37,422 nt of DNA from Gemmatimonadaceae bacterium (GCA_033763905.1 JANRJP010000066.1:1-37422); one strand, 5' to 3'; shown: positions 10,401 through 21,545, counted from the stretch's first letter. A program made the numbers and translations. Notes: generated by a model from the letters alone, not told the origin.

Positions 10401-10563
10401 GGCTCGGGATCAACACCGTCGCATTCGCGAGCGGCTGCTTGTCTGGGTCGGTAATGCGGCCGGAGATCGTCGTCTGGGCCTGCGCGACGCCCGTCAAGGG
10501 CAACGCGAACGAGGCCAGCGCGAACACCGCCTGCCGAATCCGACGGGACAGGTCGAACGACAT
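7429..10563 (-). CDS. SusC/RagA family TonB-dependent transporter
   Basis: Signal peptide, carboxypeptidase-regulatory-like N domain, LEQVVVTG, plug motif DIESIEVLKGAAASSFYGSDAASGVINIATKRG, RRDGSSLFG, GRNLFTFTNYTGFDPEV, terminal Phe. GAGGA RBS before ATG 10563. Confidence 0.93.
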   Translation of the reverse strand: MSFDLSRRIRQAVFALASFALPLTGVAQAQTTISGRITDPDKQPLANATVLIPSLSLRASTNATGAYTLVVPSNLARAQQVVLSARAIGFKPQTRTISLAPGGQVSADFQMVKDPLRLEQVVVTGVSDEQSVTKLPISVAKIDGEQLNQVPATSPIAALAGKVAGAKVNIGAGGPGGAPVVRLRGSTSLGVGGSSPLIIIDGVFTKNNLADIDVSDIESIEVLKGAAASSFYGSDAASGVINIATKRGKGLQQNRVTYSLRNEFGRNDLWRMIPLNKSHAFQTDPTTGEIITNAAGARVSDPNNIADNPFPSGANRWRNQLEEWAQNGDFRTTNLQVGLRRGNTNLNTSFAIDQNEGLLPFRTGQSRRNFRLNVDQGLNDKMDLSAGITYGNIFNDFSPDGATGAWFSFLQMPGDVDLKNPGGNAPVDYYPLIPVANSPSARVNPLYELVNQEFARRRERILGSFAFRYRPTNWLRVEAQYGTDRLNTNERTYRFRGYLQETGAPGTGLLADTYASNIATNTQVTATATKRFFDKLNSTTRAMWLRELESNRSVFAQGTRLNVTDVPDLAAADPAQVSVNSGYVERRTVNYMLSQSFDFKDRYILDALYRRDGSSLFGPDARFQNFYRVAGAYRISEDFKLPGVQEFRIRAARGTAGLRPGFSDQFETYSLSAGQVSKAQLGNRLLKPAIQTEDEYGFNLAFLNRFDLEVVNAKRVTEGAFLNVPLSLAQSGGFLSQIQNAADISATSTEVTLNAVLADGRNFGWNVTLTGDRTRQNIDRLGRAPFRVNAGGQGQDVFYYREGTLGIMFGTKYARSYSDCNIRMNAAGGCVIGGVVAPADSFVVNPLGFLVRRSLRGAPNEAPIVLVDGTTGVNQFQIGDVNPDFNFGIANTIRFGNFSLYTLFDGQVGGDIYNFTKQWMFQDLRHGDLDQAGKADADKVAQTFYSGGLYNALAASEYFVEDGSYMKIREVSLGYNVPLKQLRSLKLDGMISGLKLSLIGRNLFTFTNYTGFDPEVANGDLNFRIDGFRYPNFRTLTGAIEINF

Positions 10564-10822
10564 TCTGGAATTCCTCTGATGATTGACCCGCTCGCTGGTT
10601 GCGACGCCGTCACTCGATGGACGTCCGCACAACCGCGAGCGAATGGGGGACAGGGCGACCACGTGGCCACGCTGTACCGGGAAACCGCAGCAACTGCTCG
10701 AACGAACCAGGTCTGGCGCGCCCTCCGGGTGTGGGATAACCCGTTAGTTAGCCCTTAACGCAACGGCTCGCAAGCAATTCTGCACCGCTGGTCCCAGCGG
10801 CCGGTCCCGCTGTTCGGCGTCT

Positions 10823-11908
10823 CTACGGGCTTCGGCGGAACTCCACCGGCAGGCGCACCCACTGCGCCACCGCCACCCCGTTCCGCTGCGCCGGGGTAAA
10901 CGGCGCCTCCTGAATCGCGCGCCGGAGCCGGTCGCACCAGCCGCCGGCCGCACATTCCATCAGGAAGGGTCGCGTCGGGTCCACCTTGCCGTCCGGCCCG
11001 ACCACGAACTGCAGGTCCGCACGGAGCGGACCGCTACCCGCCGGCGCGTCGGTGTCCCCCACGACGCTCAATCCCGACGTCAGGTCGGCCGGCAGGTCCA
11101 CCTCGTCTTCGAGGTACGCGGTGTCCGTCGTCGCACGCAGCGCCCCCTGCACGCGCTCGCGCGCCTCGTCCGCCCCCTCGCGACGGTGATCCCGCGCCGG
11201 ACGCGACCAGATGGCGATCACGCCGCAGGCTTCGAGGTTGCGCGTGGTGTTGAACTCCATCGGCACCGTCGCACTCGAGCGATAAATCTCGATGCCCTCC
11301 ACCGTGCCCAGGTCGATCATATCGAGATCGAACTCGCCCGCCGCGGCCGGCGCACCGTCGAGCACCACCAGCGGTGGACAGCGCTGCCCGCGAAAGCGCA
11401 CGCCCCGAACGAACGGATTCGGCGAGATCTGCACGCCGGGCACATTCCGCAGCGCATCGGTGAAGCGACGCGTCTGCAACTGGTCCAACCGTGCCCGCGT
11501 GATGAACACGCCCGAGCCGCGTTGCGACCGCAGTTCGAAGCCCGCCAGTCGCGCCCGCGAGGGATCGGGTCGCGCCATCACCTTCACCGGCAACAACGGC
11601 AACGGAATCGGCACCAGACGCACATCCAGCGTGGCCACATCGGTCACGTGCGCCACCGTGAACTCGGCCGGCCGGAATCCCAACCGCCGGAACACGAGTC
11701 GCGCCGTGTCGCCGCGCTCGGGATCGAACCGGAACGCGCCCTCGGCGTCGGAGCTCACCGCGCCGCGCGAGGCACCGGCCTGTGTGACCTGCACCCCGCG
11801 CACGGGGCGACCGCCCGAGTCCCGCACGATCCCCCGCACACTCCACGCCGAGCCCTGCCCTGCTGCGGGCGCGGCCAACGTCGCCAGGAGGAGCAGCGCG
11901 TAGCGCAC
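10823..11908 (-). CDS. Carboxypeptidase-regulatory-like + TonB-receptor plug + TonB C-terminal-like domain protein (no beta-barrel)
   Basis: Signal peptide, VRGIVRDSGGRPV...RRLGF, plug-like VEGIEIY...CGVIAIWSR, C-terminal FVVGPDGKV...FTPAQRNGVAVAQWVRLPVEF. Confidence 0.75.
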   Translation of the reverse strand: MRYALLLLATLAAPAAGQGSAWSVRGIVRDSGGRPVRGVQVTQAGASRGAVSSDAEGAFRFDPERGDTARLVFRRLGFRPAEFTVAHVTDVATLDVRLVPIPLPLLPVKVMARPDPSRARLAGFELRSQRGSGVFITRARLDQLQTRRFTDALRNVPGVQISPNPFVRGVRFRGQRCPPLVVLDGAPAAAGEFDLDMIDLGTVEGIEIYRSSATVPMEFNTTRNLEACGVIAIWSRPARDHRREGADEARERVQGALRATTDTAYLEDEVDLPADLTSGLSVVGDTDAPAGSGPLRADLQFVVGPDGKVDPTRPFLMECAAGGWCDRLRRAIQEAPFTPAQRNGVAVAQWVRLPVEFRRSP

Positions 11909-11914
11909 GGTGTG

Positions 11915-12721
11915 TTACCGCGTCTTGGTCCAGATGAGGACCACGCCGCACTGATTCGCCCCCGACTGGAACTCCGGGGGCGTCTTGGCGAGGCCGCCGT
12001 GCACTTCGATCGCCGCCACCGACTGCGGCGGGATGTCATCGACCTGCCCGTTGCGATCGAACAGCAAGCCGTCCACGTACACGTACGGCACGCAGAGATT
12101 GCCCATCTGCATCCCGCCGCGCACGCGCACCTGATTGCGAATCGACTCGCCGCGGCGGCCGGTCGAGACCACCTTGACGCCCTGCATCACGCGCAACCAA
12201 TCGCTCGTCTGTGACGCGGCGATCTTGTCCCCCTCCGCGGCGGTGATGAACGAGTTGATCGGGTAGATCTTGGAATCCATCCGCGCGTAAAAGCCGCGCA
12301 GGTTGGTCTGCTCGATGCGCGGCGGACGGCCTGTGACCTGCACCGTGTCGAGCTCGTTGGGATTGATCTCGAGCGGGAAGGGTCGACAGGCGCGGTCGCT
12401 GCCCGAGATGACGACGGGAAACCGGCCGGGCCGGAACCCCAGACGACGGATCTGCACGACCTGCTGACCGATCGGGATGCCCGCAATACCGAAGCGGCCT
12501 TCGGTATCGGTCATCGCCGTGTCGGGTCGGCCGTCGACCCAAACCCGCGCCGACGCCAGCGGCCGACCATTCGGGTCCTGCACGCAGCCCGCAAGCAATG
12601 CGGACGCCGCCTCCTGCGCGCGCGCCACCGAGGCACCTGCCATCGCCACGAACGCGACCAGCACCGGCAGCGCGACGCCTCGACGACGGAGCGGGAGGGC
12701 CGATCGACGCGTGCACATCAT
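11915..12721 (-). CDS. Carboxypeptidase-regulatory-like + TonB-receptor plug domain protein (no beta-barrel)
   Basis: Signal peptide (ARA-Q), GCVQDPNGRPL...IRRLGF, LDTVQVTG (TonB-box-like), VYVDG, VAAIEVH...CGVVLIWTK at the C-terminus. Confidence 0.78.
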   Translation of the reverse strand: MMCTRRSALPLRRRGVALPVLVAFVAMAGASVARAQEAASALLAGCVQDPNGRPLASARVWVDGRPDTAMTDTEGRFGIAGIPIGQQVVQIRRLGFRPGRFPVVISGSDRACRPFPLEINPNELDTVQVTGRPPRIEQTNLRGFYARMDSKIYPINSFITAAEGDKIAASQTSDWLRVMQGVKVVSTGRRGESIRNQVRVRGGMQMGNLCVPYVYVDGLLFDRNGQVDDIPPQSVAAIEVHGGLAKTPPEFQSGANQCGVVLIWTKTR

Positions 12722-12761
12722 ACCGCGAAGCTAGGACGGGGACGGACAGACGGCAACGACA

Positions 12762-12792
12762 ACGGGGCCGGAACGTGACGTTCCGACCCCGT
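12762..12792 (-). terminator. Terminator-like hairpin after the second susD
   Basis: On the minus strand acggggtcggaacg-tca-cgttccggccccgt. One G:U pair forms only on the minus strand. Confidence 0.6.
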
Positions 12793-12821
12793 GCCGTGCT
12801 GCGGTGTGACGCCCAGCGGCC

Positions 12822-14096
12822 TTAGTTGAACGCCGGGTTCGTGGAGGTTTCGGCAAACGGCACCGGATAGCAGGTGTTGTTGCCGATCGGGGCGAAGCCC
12901 GGCTTGAAGTACGCCGCGCCGGCCACCGGCACGCCCACGATCGCCGTCGGCTGACGGCGGAAGTCGGCGATGCGCTTGCCTTCGAGGAAGAAGTCGAAGC
13001 CCTTCTGCAGGAAGAACTCCTGCAGCAGCGGCAGACCCGTGGTCGCGCCAGCATAGGCCGGCAGACCGGCCGCCGTGCGACGGGCAGCGATCAGCGCGAG
13101 CTTGTCGGCGTCGGTCCCGATCTCGGCGCGGATGTAATCCGCTTCGAGACGGCTCGCGAGCCGGATGGGCGTGTTGTACGCCGGGTACTTGAGCTGCACG
13201 AAGAAGGTCCCCGACAGCGGGTCCTGCGCGCTCAGCACCGGGTTGAACGTGAGGCCATCCTGATACGGCACGCGCGGATCCGCGGGCGTCGTCCGGAAGG
13301 TGCTCGAGACCGAGATCGAGCCACGGTCGCGAGTGAAGATCCACATCTGGTTGGCGAGGCGATTCCGCTGCGCCAGGTCGTCGATGTGGTTGAGGTTGAA
13401 GTTGAAGCCAGCCGGCACCGAGTCCGTCGCGGTGAGCGCCAGCGCGTTGTTGCCGCGCTGCAGCTGCGCCCGCGCGAGCCCGACGAAGGCTGCGTTCTTG
13501 TACGCGACGCCGGTGGCCGTGCCATTCGCGCGGCCGACGGTGATCGCGAGGTTGAACGACGCGATGGCCGAGTCGAGCATCGCGTTGGTGTTCATCCGCG
13601 GGCCCGGCTGCGTCGTGCTCAACGCAAACGTGCCTTCGCAGAACTGCTCCGCCATGTTCAGGAAGCTGAACCCGGCGAAGAGCGCGGCCTGCGCGCGGCT
13701 GATGTTGGTCGTCGGCGTCGGCAGGTTGAGGCCGAGGACGAACCGCGCCGAGGACAGCGCGCGCTGCAGCGGAACCCACAGATCGCCGTTGAGCGAGCCG
13801 TTGACGTTCACGATGTCGCGCCGCCCGAACTCATTGCGGGTGGGGAAGGTCTCGGCGACGATCGTCTCGCCCACGAACCAGGACGAGTACATGATGCCGA
13901 GGCCGTTGAAGACGACGTAGTTCTGCTGGGCCGAGTTGGCCAGCGTGGCGGCGTCCTGCACGGGGTCGATCGCGCTGGCGTCGATGACGGTCGGGTTCGG
14001 CACCGTCAGGAACTCGCTGCAACCAGCGGCGACGACCGCGAGAGCGGCCACACCGAAGCGTCGGACTCGGGCGGCCAGATGCGTGGTATTCATCAT
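12822..14096 (-). CDS. RagB/SusD family lipoprotein
   Basis: Lipobox AAGC, FLTVPNP, AAFVGLARAQL, ADPRV, IRLASRLEADYIRAE, FFLEGKRIADFRR, PVPFAETSTNPAF. Confidence 0.88.
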   Translation of the reverse strand: MMNTTHLAARVRRFGVAALAVVAAGCSEFLTVPNPTVIDASAIDPVQDAATLANSAQQNYVVFNGLGIMYSSWFVGETIVAETFPTRNEFGRRDIVNVNGSLNGDLWVPLQRALSSARFVLGLNLPTPTTNISRAQAALFAGFSFLNMAEQFCEGTFALSTTQPGPRMNTNAMLDSAIASFNLAITVGRANGTATGVAYKNAAFVGLARAQLQRGNNALALTATDSVPAGFNFNLNHIDDLAQRNRLANQMWIFTRDRGSISVSSTFRTTPADPRVPYQDGLTFNPVLSAQDPLSGTFFVQLKYPAYNTPIRLASRLEADYIRAEIGTDADKLALIAARRTAAGLPAYAGATTGLPLLQEFFLQKGFDFFLEGKRIADFRRQPTAIVGVPVAGAAYFKPGFAPIGNNTCYPVPFAETSTNPAFN

Positions 14097-14107
14097 CGTG
14101 GGCTCGC

Positions 14108-17100
14108 TCAGTAGTTGAGGTTGACCCGGAGCGTCAGACGCTTCGGGGTAGGCATCGTGAGGAAGTCCGTCCGGTCGAAGGCGCTGCCGATGTTCGTCAG
14201 CACTTCCGGATCGGCGCCTTCATAGGCGGACCAGAGGGCCAGGTTGTTGCCGGCGATCGTCACCGAGCCACCCGTGGCCTTGATGTACTTGGTCCAGCTC
14301 TCCGGGATGTTCGCCGTGACCGCGAGTTCGCGGAAGCGGACGAAGTCGGCGGTCTGGATGTACGCTTCGCGCACTTCGTTGACCGTCGTGCCCGCCGTCG
14401 CGGCCGGACGCCCGATCTGTACGAAGGCCGGCTGACCGGCGGTCGGGTTGCCGTAGCGACGGAGGCGCTCGTAGTTCGAGATCACGCCCGTCACGAGACG
14501 GCGGTCCGAGCGGACCAGCTGCGTCTCACGGAAGAAGTCCGTGAGGTTGTAGATGCCGAAATCGCGCTTGGTGTCGATCGACGCGGTGACGGTGAGGTAC
14601 TTGCCGACCTTCACCGAGTTCCACAGCGCGGCCTCAAAGCTCGGCAGCGGGCTGTTGACCATCGTGAAGTTCGAGTCGACCTCGACGACACTGGTGGTCT
14701 CGTTGATGCTGCGGATCTTCTTCGTGACCTGCGCACCGATCGGCAGACCCTTTTCCACGCGGCCAACGTTGCCGGTGAAGAAGGGGCTGATGCCGCCCAA
14801 GTCCGTCACCTCGTTCTTGAGCGTGTTCATCGAGTAGCGGAGATCCCACGAGATGTTCTTCATCCGCAGCATCTGGGCGTTGACCGCGAACTCGATACCG
14901 GAGTTCTTGAGCTCACCCAGGTTGACGAACGGGAACACCGCGAAGCCGAGCGACGGCGGGAGCGGCTGCTGGAGCAGCTGGTCACGCGACGTCTTGTCGA
15001 AGTACGTCAGCTCGAAGTTCGCGCGATCGCGGAACATGCCCCAGTCCACACCGAACTCGATTTCCTCGCCGCGCTCGGCCTTGAGGTTCGAGTTGCCGGG
15101 GTTGTTCGGCACGACGCCCGACGACGAGGCCGAGCCGGCGGTGAACGGCGCCGCGGCGAAGGTCGTGAGGGCAGCGCCCGGCGTCGGCGCGCGGCCGGTC
15201 TGACCCCAGGCCGCACGGAGGCGCATGTTCGAGACCAGCGGAAGCTTGAACCACTTCTCTTCCGAGATCACGTACGACGCGCCGAGCTTCGGCAGGAAGA
15301 ACGAGGCGTTCGGGTCACCGAACGACGAGAACTGGTCGACGCGACCGGCCGCCTGCACGAAGAAGCGGTTGAAGAAGCCGACCTGGAACTGGCCGAGGTA
15401 GCCGACCTGCGTCTGCTCGGCGTAGCCCTGACCGCCCGACGTCAGCGCAGCCGAGCCGATCGTGTTATTCGAGTTGACGACGAAGCCTTCGCCGTTCGCC
15501 GACAGCGATTCGTTGCGGGTCGAGATCGTCTGCACACCGAACGAGGTGTTGGTTTCGATCTCTTCCTTGCCGCCGAACGTCTTGCGGATGTTGCCGAGGT
15601 AATCGAAGGTGTAGCGCTCGAAGCCGACGCGGGTCTGGCCGTTGCTGCCGTTGTTGAGCGCAGCCGCGTAGGAGCCGGTCGAGTTGCGCGGGAAGAAGCG
15701 CGTGAGCTCGTCACGGACCAAGTCACCACCGAGGGTGATCTTGTTCGTGAACCACGACGTCGGGTTGTAGTTGACCGTCAAGCCGTAGATCGAGCGGTTC
15801 GTCAGCTGCGTGTTCTGGATCGCGGCGATCGCGGCGTTCTGACGGGCGAAGCCGAACCAGCCGTCGTTCGCCGGGAGGCCGGTATCGTTGCGCGAAGTCG
15901 GCGTGCCGAGCAGGCCGCCACCGAGCCAGCCGTAGATGTTGTTGTCGTTGTCGGGCAGCTGCGTGAAGGCCCGGGTGTAGCCGACGCTCGCGTCGACCGA
16001 CCACTCCGCGCTGGGCACGAAGTTGAAGTTGACGCGGCCGTTGTAGCGGTTGAAGTCGTTGCTCGGCAGCGTACCGGTGTTGCCGTCGTAGCTGCCCGAG
16101 ACGAAGAAGCTGTAGTTCGAACCACCGCCACGGCCGGTCCACGAGCCGATGCGGTTCAGGCCCGTCTGGAACGCGTTCGTGCGCACCAGCGGGTTGTCAC
16201 GCACGATGTCGCCGACGGCGCGACCGCGGCAGAGCGGGTTCGTGCTGGTCGCCGCGACGAGCGCCGCGGTGCAGGCGCCGAAGTTGTCGGGCGGCGTCCA
16301 GCCGGCGTCGATCGTGGTGTACTCGTAGCGGAAGTTCTGCTTGAAGGCCTGCTGACCGGCCTTGCCGCGCTTGGTGATGATCTGGATCACGCCCACCGAG
16401 GCGTCAGCGCCGTAGAGCGTCGCCGCGGCCGGCCCCTTCACGACTTCGATCGACTCGATGTCGTCCGGGTTGATGAGGTTCATCCGGTCCGTCTGCTGAC
16501 CACCGACGCCCGGGCCGCCCTGCGCTTCGGACACGCGCACACCGTCGATGAACATCAGCGGCGTGTTCGAGAGCGAGATCGACGAGACACCGCGAATGCG
16601 GATCTGGTTCGCCGTGCCGGCCGAGCCCGACGTGCGGTTGATCGCGACGCCCGGCGTACGTGCCGTCAGCAGTTCGCCGACCGTCGTGATCGAGGCCTGC
16701 TCGGTGATGCTCGCGGCGGTGATCGAGGAGACCGTCGCGGCCTGCGCGCGACGCTCCTGGTTGCCGGCCGTGCCGGTAACGACGACCTGCGTGAGCTCGA
16801 GCTTGGTCTCGGTCAACGCCTGGTTGTGCGTCGTGACCTGGCCACCCTGCACGATCACGCGAATGCGCTCGGCCTTGTAGCCGATGCGCGAGAACGACAG
16901 CGTGACCTGCCCAGCGGGCACACCCGTGATGCGGTATTCACCGCGGGCATTCGTCAGCGCGGCGAGCGCCGTGCCCACCACCTGCACCCGGGCATCGCTC
17001 ACCGGGGACTTGGTGCCGGCATCCGTCAACGTGCCAGCCACCGTACCACTGGTACCCTGCGCCGTGGCACTGGTCGCGAGGCTGCTAAGCAGCACCAGCG

Positions 17101-17137
17101 CACCAACCACGAGCCGTCCAACAAACCACCGTCGCAT
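14108..17137 (-). CDS. SusC/RagA family TonB-dependent transporter
   Basis: GAGGAGG RBS before ATG 17137, signal peptide, LTQVVVTG, INPDDIESIEVVKGPAAATLYGADASVGVIQIITKRG, LKAERGEEIEFG, GADPE, terminal Tyr. Confidence 0.93.
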   Translation of the reverse strand: MRRWFVGRLVVGALVLLSSLATSATAQGTSGTVAGTLTDAGTKSPVSDARVQVVGTALAALTNARGEYRITGVPAGQVTLSFSRIGYKAERIRVIVQGGQVTTHNQALTETKLELTQVVVTGTAGNQERRAQAATVSSITAASITEQASITTVGELLTARTPGVAINRTSGSAGTANQIRIRGVSSISLSNTPLMFIDGVRVSEAQGGPGVGGQQTDRMNLINPDDIESIEVVKGPAAATLYGADASVGVIQIITKRGKAGQQAFKQNFRYEYTTIDAGWTPPDNFGACTAALVAATSTNPLCRGRAVGDIVRDNPLVRTNAFQTGLNRIGSWTGRGGGSNYSFFVSGSYDGNTGTLPSNDFNRYNGRVNFNFVPSAEWSVDASVGYTRAFTQLPDNDNNIYGWLGGGLLGTPTSRNDTGLPANDGWFGFARQNAAIAAIQNTQLTNRSIYGLTVNYNPTSWFTNKITLGGDLVRDELTRFFPRNSTGSYAAALNNGSNGQTRVGFERYTFDYLGNIRKTFGGKEEIETNTSFGVQTISTRNESLSANGEGFVVNSNNTIGSAALTSGGQGYAEQTQVGYLGQFQVGFFNRFFVQAAGRVDQFSSFGDPNASFFLPKLGASYVISEEKWFKLPLVSNMRLRAAWGQTGRAPTPGAALTTFAAAPFTAGSASSSGVVPNNPGNSNLKAERGEEIEFGVDWGMFRDRANFELTYFDKTSRDQLLQQPLPPSLGFAVFPFVNLGELKNSGIEFAVNAQMLRMKNISWDLRYSMNTLKNEVTDLGGISPFFTGNVGRVEKGLPIGAQVTKKIRSINETTSVVEVDSNFTMVNSPLPSFEAALWNSVKVGKYLTVTASIDTKRDFGIYNLTDFFRETQLVRSDRRLVTGVISNYERLRRYGNPTAGQPAFVQIGRPAATAGTTVNEVREAYIQTADFVRFRELAVTANIPESWTKYIKATGGSVTIAGNNLALWSAYEGADPEVLTNIGSAFDRTDFLTMPTPKRLTLRVNLNY

Positions 17138-17319
17138 CTGACCCTCCTCATCTGCGAAGGCGTTCATAGTGTCGTCCGGAGTTCAGCAGCAGCACCGCAT
17201 CGTGCCGGACGTGACTCCCGGAGTGGAGCCAAGCCACTCATCATAGCGATTCTCTCAGTTCTGCAACACCTCCGTATGGGGGAGGTATCAGTCGGGAGCT
17301 TCGCCCCCGCACACGCACG

Positions 17320-17351
17320 AGGGGCTCCGGCGGATCACCGCCGGAGCCCCT
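17320..17351 (-). terminator. Terminator-like hairpin downstream of atpC
   Basis: aggggctccggcgg-atca-ccgccggagcccct, a perfect 14-bp stem about 45 nt after the atpC stop. Confidence 0.7.
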
Positions 17352-17394
17352 TGCACTGCCGTTCCACGTCCGATCGGGGCCTCACCCCGGCGGC

Positions 17395-17649
17395 TCAGCC
17401 CACCGTCGCCTTTTCGGTCACCACTCGCACCACGTTATCGACGACCTGCAGGAAGCCGCCTTCCACCCGAATTGCCGGCGCGTTGCTACCGGTGATGCGG
17501 AGCGGGCCGGTGCCGAGCAGGGTCATCAGCGGCGCGTGGCCGGGCAGGATGCCGACCTCACCGTCGAACGCGGGGACGACGACCTGCGAGGCCTCGCCTT
17601 CGTACAGCGTGCGTTCCGGCGACACGACCGCCAAGCGCAGAGTGGCCAC
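17395..17649 (-). CDS. atpC: F1 ATP synthase epsilon subunit (short, N-terminal beta-sandwich only)
   Basis: VVSPER, GEVGILPGHAPLMTLL, VEGGFLQV. Directly follows atpD. Confidence 0.95.
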   Translation of the reverse strand: MATLRLAVVSPERTLYEGEASQVVVPAFDGEVGILPGHAPLMTLLGTGPLRITGSNAPAIRVEGGFLQVVDNVVRVVTEKATVG

Positions 17650-17652
17650 GGC

Positions 17653-19952
<2,300 letters not shown>

Positions 19953-19973
19953 CGGTTGGCTCCTCGCCTCGCC

Positions 19974-21545
19974 TTACTTGGCCGCGACTTGCTTGTACGC
20001 CGCGATCCCCTGCTTGAGGGCGGCCTCGGTGTCCTTCGAGAGCGCCTTCTCCTTGGTGATCGCCTGCGCGACCTGCGGGTACTGGGCGGCCATGAACTCG
20101 TGGAAGCCCTTCTCCCACGCGCGGACCTTGGTGGTCGGCACGTCGTCCAAGTGGCCGTTGGTCACGGCGTAGATGATCATCGTCTGCGCTTCGACCGACA
20201 TCGGCTCGTACTGACCCTGCTTGAGCACTTCGACCGTACGCGCGCCGCGCTCGAGCTGCCGCTTGGTCGCCGCGTCGAGGTCGGAGGCAAAGGCCGCGAA
20301 GGCTTCGAGCTCGCGGTACTGCGCGAGGTCGAGGCGGAGACGACCGGCGACGCCCTTCATCGCCTTGATCTGGGCCGAGCCACCGACGCGTGACACCGAG
20401 ATGCCGACGTTGACCGCCGGACGAACGCCGGCGTAGAACAGGTCGGACTCGAGGAAGATCTGGCCGTCGGTGATCGAGATGACGTTCGTCGGGATGTAGG
20501 CCGACACGTCACCGGCCTGCGTCTCGATGATCGGCAACGCCGTCAGCGAACCGCCGGGCGCGAAGATCGTCTGGTTGTCGACGACCGACGGATCGTTCGA
20601 GAGCTTGGCCGCGCGCTCGAGCAGGCGGCTGTGGAGATAGAACACGTCACCCGGGAAGGCTTCGCGGCCCGGCGGACGACGGAGCACGAGCGACAGCTGG
20701 CGGTACGCCGCGGCCTGCTTGGTGAGGTCGTCGTACACGCAGAGCGTCGGCTTGCCCTCGTGGTACATGAAGTACTCGGCCATCGCGCAGCCCGAGTAGG
20801 GCGCGATGAACTGCATCGGCGCCGGATCGGAGGCGTTGGCGGCGACGATGATCGTGTACTCCATCGCGCCGGCCTGCTTGAGGCGCTCTTCGACGCCACG
20901 CACGGTCGAGGCCTTCTGGCCGATCGCGACGTAGACGCAGATGACGCCCTTGCCCTTCTGGTTGATGATCGTGTCGATCGCGATCGCCGTCTTGCCGGTG
21001 CCGCGGTCGCCGATGATGAGCTCGCGCTGGCCGCGGCCGATCGGGATCATCGCGTCGATCGCCTTGATGCCGGTCTGCAGCGGCTCCTTGACGGGCTCGC
21101 GGACGATGATTCCCGGCGCCGGCGACTCGACCTTGCGGGTCATCGTCGTGCGGATTTCGCCGAGGCCGTCGATCGGGCGACCGAGCGGATCGACTACGCG
21201 GCCGATCATCGCCGGACCAACCGGGACTTCGAGCACGCGCTTGGTGCGACGGACGTCGTCGCCTTCCTTGAGCTGCAGGTAGTCGCCGAGAATGACGGCG
21301 CCGATGTTGTCCTCTTCGAGGTTGAGCGCCATCGCGGTGATGACGTTCTTCGTCTCGGACGAGGTGATTTCGAGCATCTCGCCGGCCATGCACTGCGACA
21401 GGCCGTAAATGCGGGCGATGCCGTCCTTCACCTCGAGGACCGTACCGACTTCCTCGACATCGAGGGCGGCGAGATCAGCGGCCTCGATCTCCTTGAGGAG
21501 GATGTCCTTCAGTTCACCGGGGCGGAGCGACGTCTGGGTGGCCAT
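19974..21545 (-). CDS. atpA: F1 ATP synthase alpha subunit
   Basis: [58 protein letters not shown]. Start moved to ATG 21545 ([11 protein letters not shown]). Confidence 0.98.
   Translation of the reverse strand: MATQTSLRPGELKDILLKEIEAADLAALDVEEVGTVLEVKDGIARIYGLSQCMAGEMLEITSSETKNVITAMALNLEEDNIGAVILGDYLQLKEGDDVRRTKRVLEVPVGPAMIGRVVDPLGRPIDGLGEIRTTMTRKVESPAPGIIVREPVKEPLQTGIKAIDAMIPIGRGQRELIIGDRGTGKTAIAIDTIINQKGKGVICVYVAIGQKASTVRGVEERLKQAGAMEYTIIVAANASDPAPMQFIAPYSGCAMAEYFMYHEGKPTLCVYDDLTKQAAAYRQLSLVLRRPPGREAFPGDVFYLHSRLLERAAKLSNDPSVVDNQTIFAPGGSLTALPIIETQAGDVSAYIPTNVISITDGQIFLESDLFYAGVRPAVNVGISVSRVGGSAQIKAMKGVAGRLRLDLAQYRELEAFAAFASDLDAATKRQLERGARTVEVLKQGQYEPMSVEAQTMIIYAVTNGHLDDVPTTKVRAWEKGFHEFMAAQYPQVAQAITKEKALSKDTEAALKQGIAAYKQVAAK

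Noticed and set aside
10729..10740. DnaA-box-like tgtgggataa
   Set aside because: Single imperfect copy with an extra base and no cluster
7786..10758. 990-aa + strand ORF, and similar long ORFs at 5693..7477, 17536..19344, 19083..20393, 20631..21959 and 25339..26205
   Set aside because: Antisense shadows of well-supported genes. Strong GC3 bias removes stops on the opposite strand, and the translations show no family motifs.
17240..17266. Promoter TTGCAG/TATGAT for the second susC
   Set aside because: The spacer is only 15 nt, so it is not supportable as a feature, although the -10 may be real
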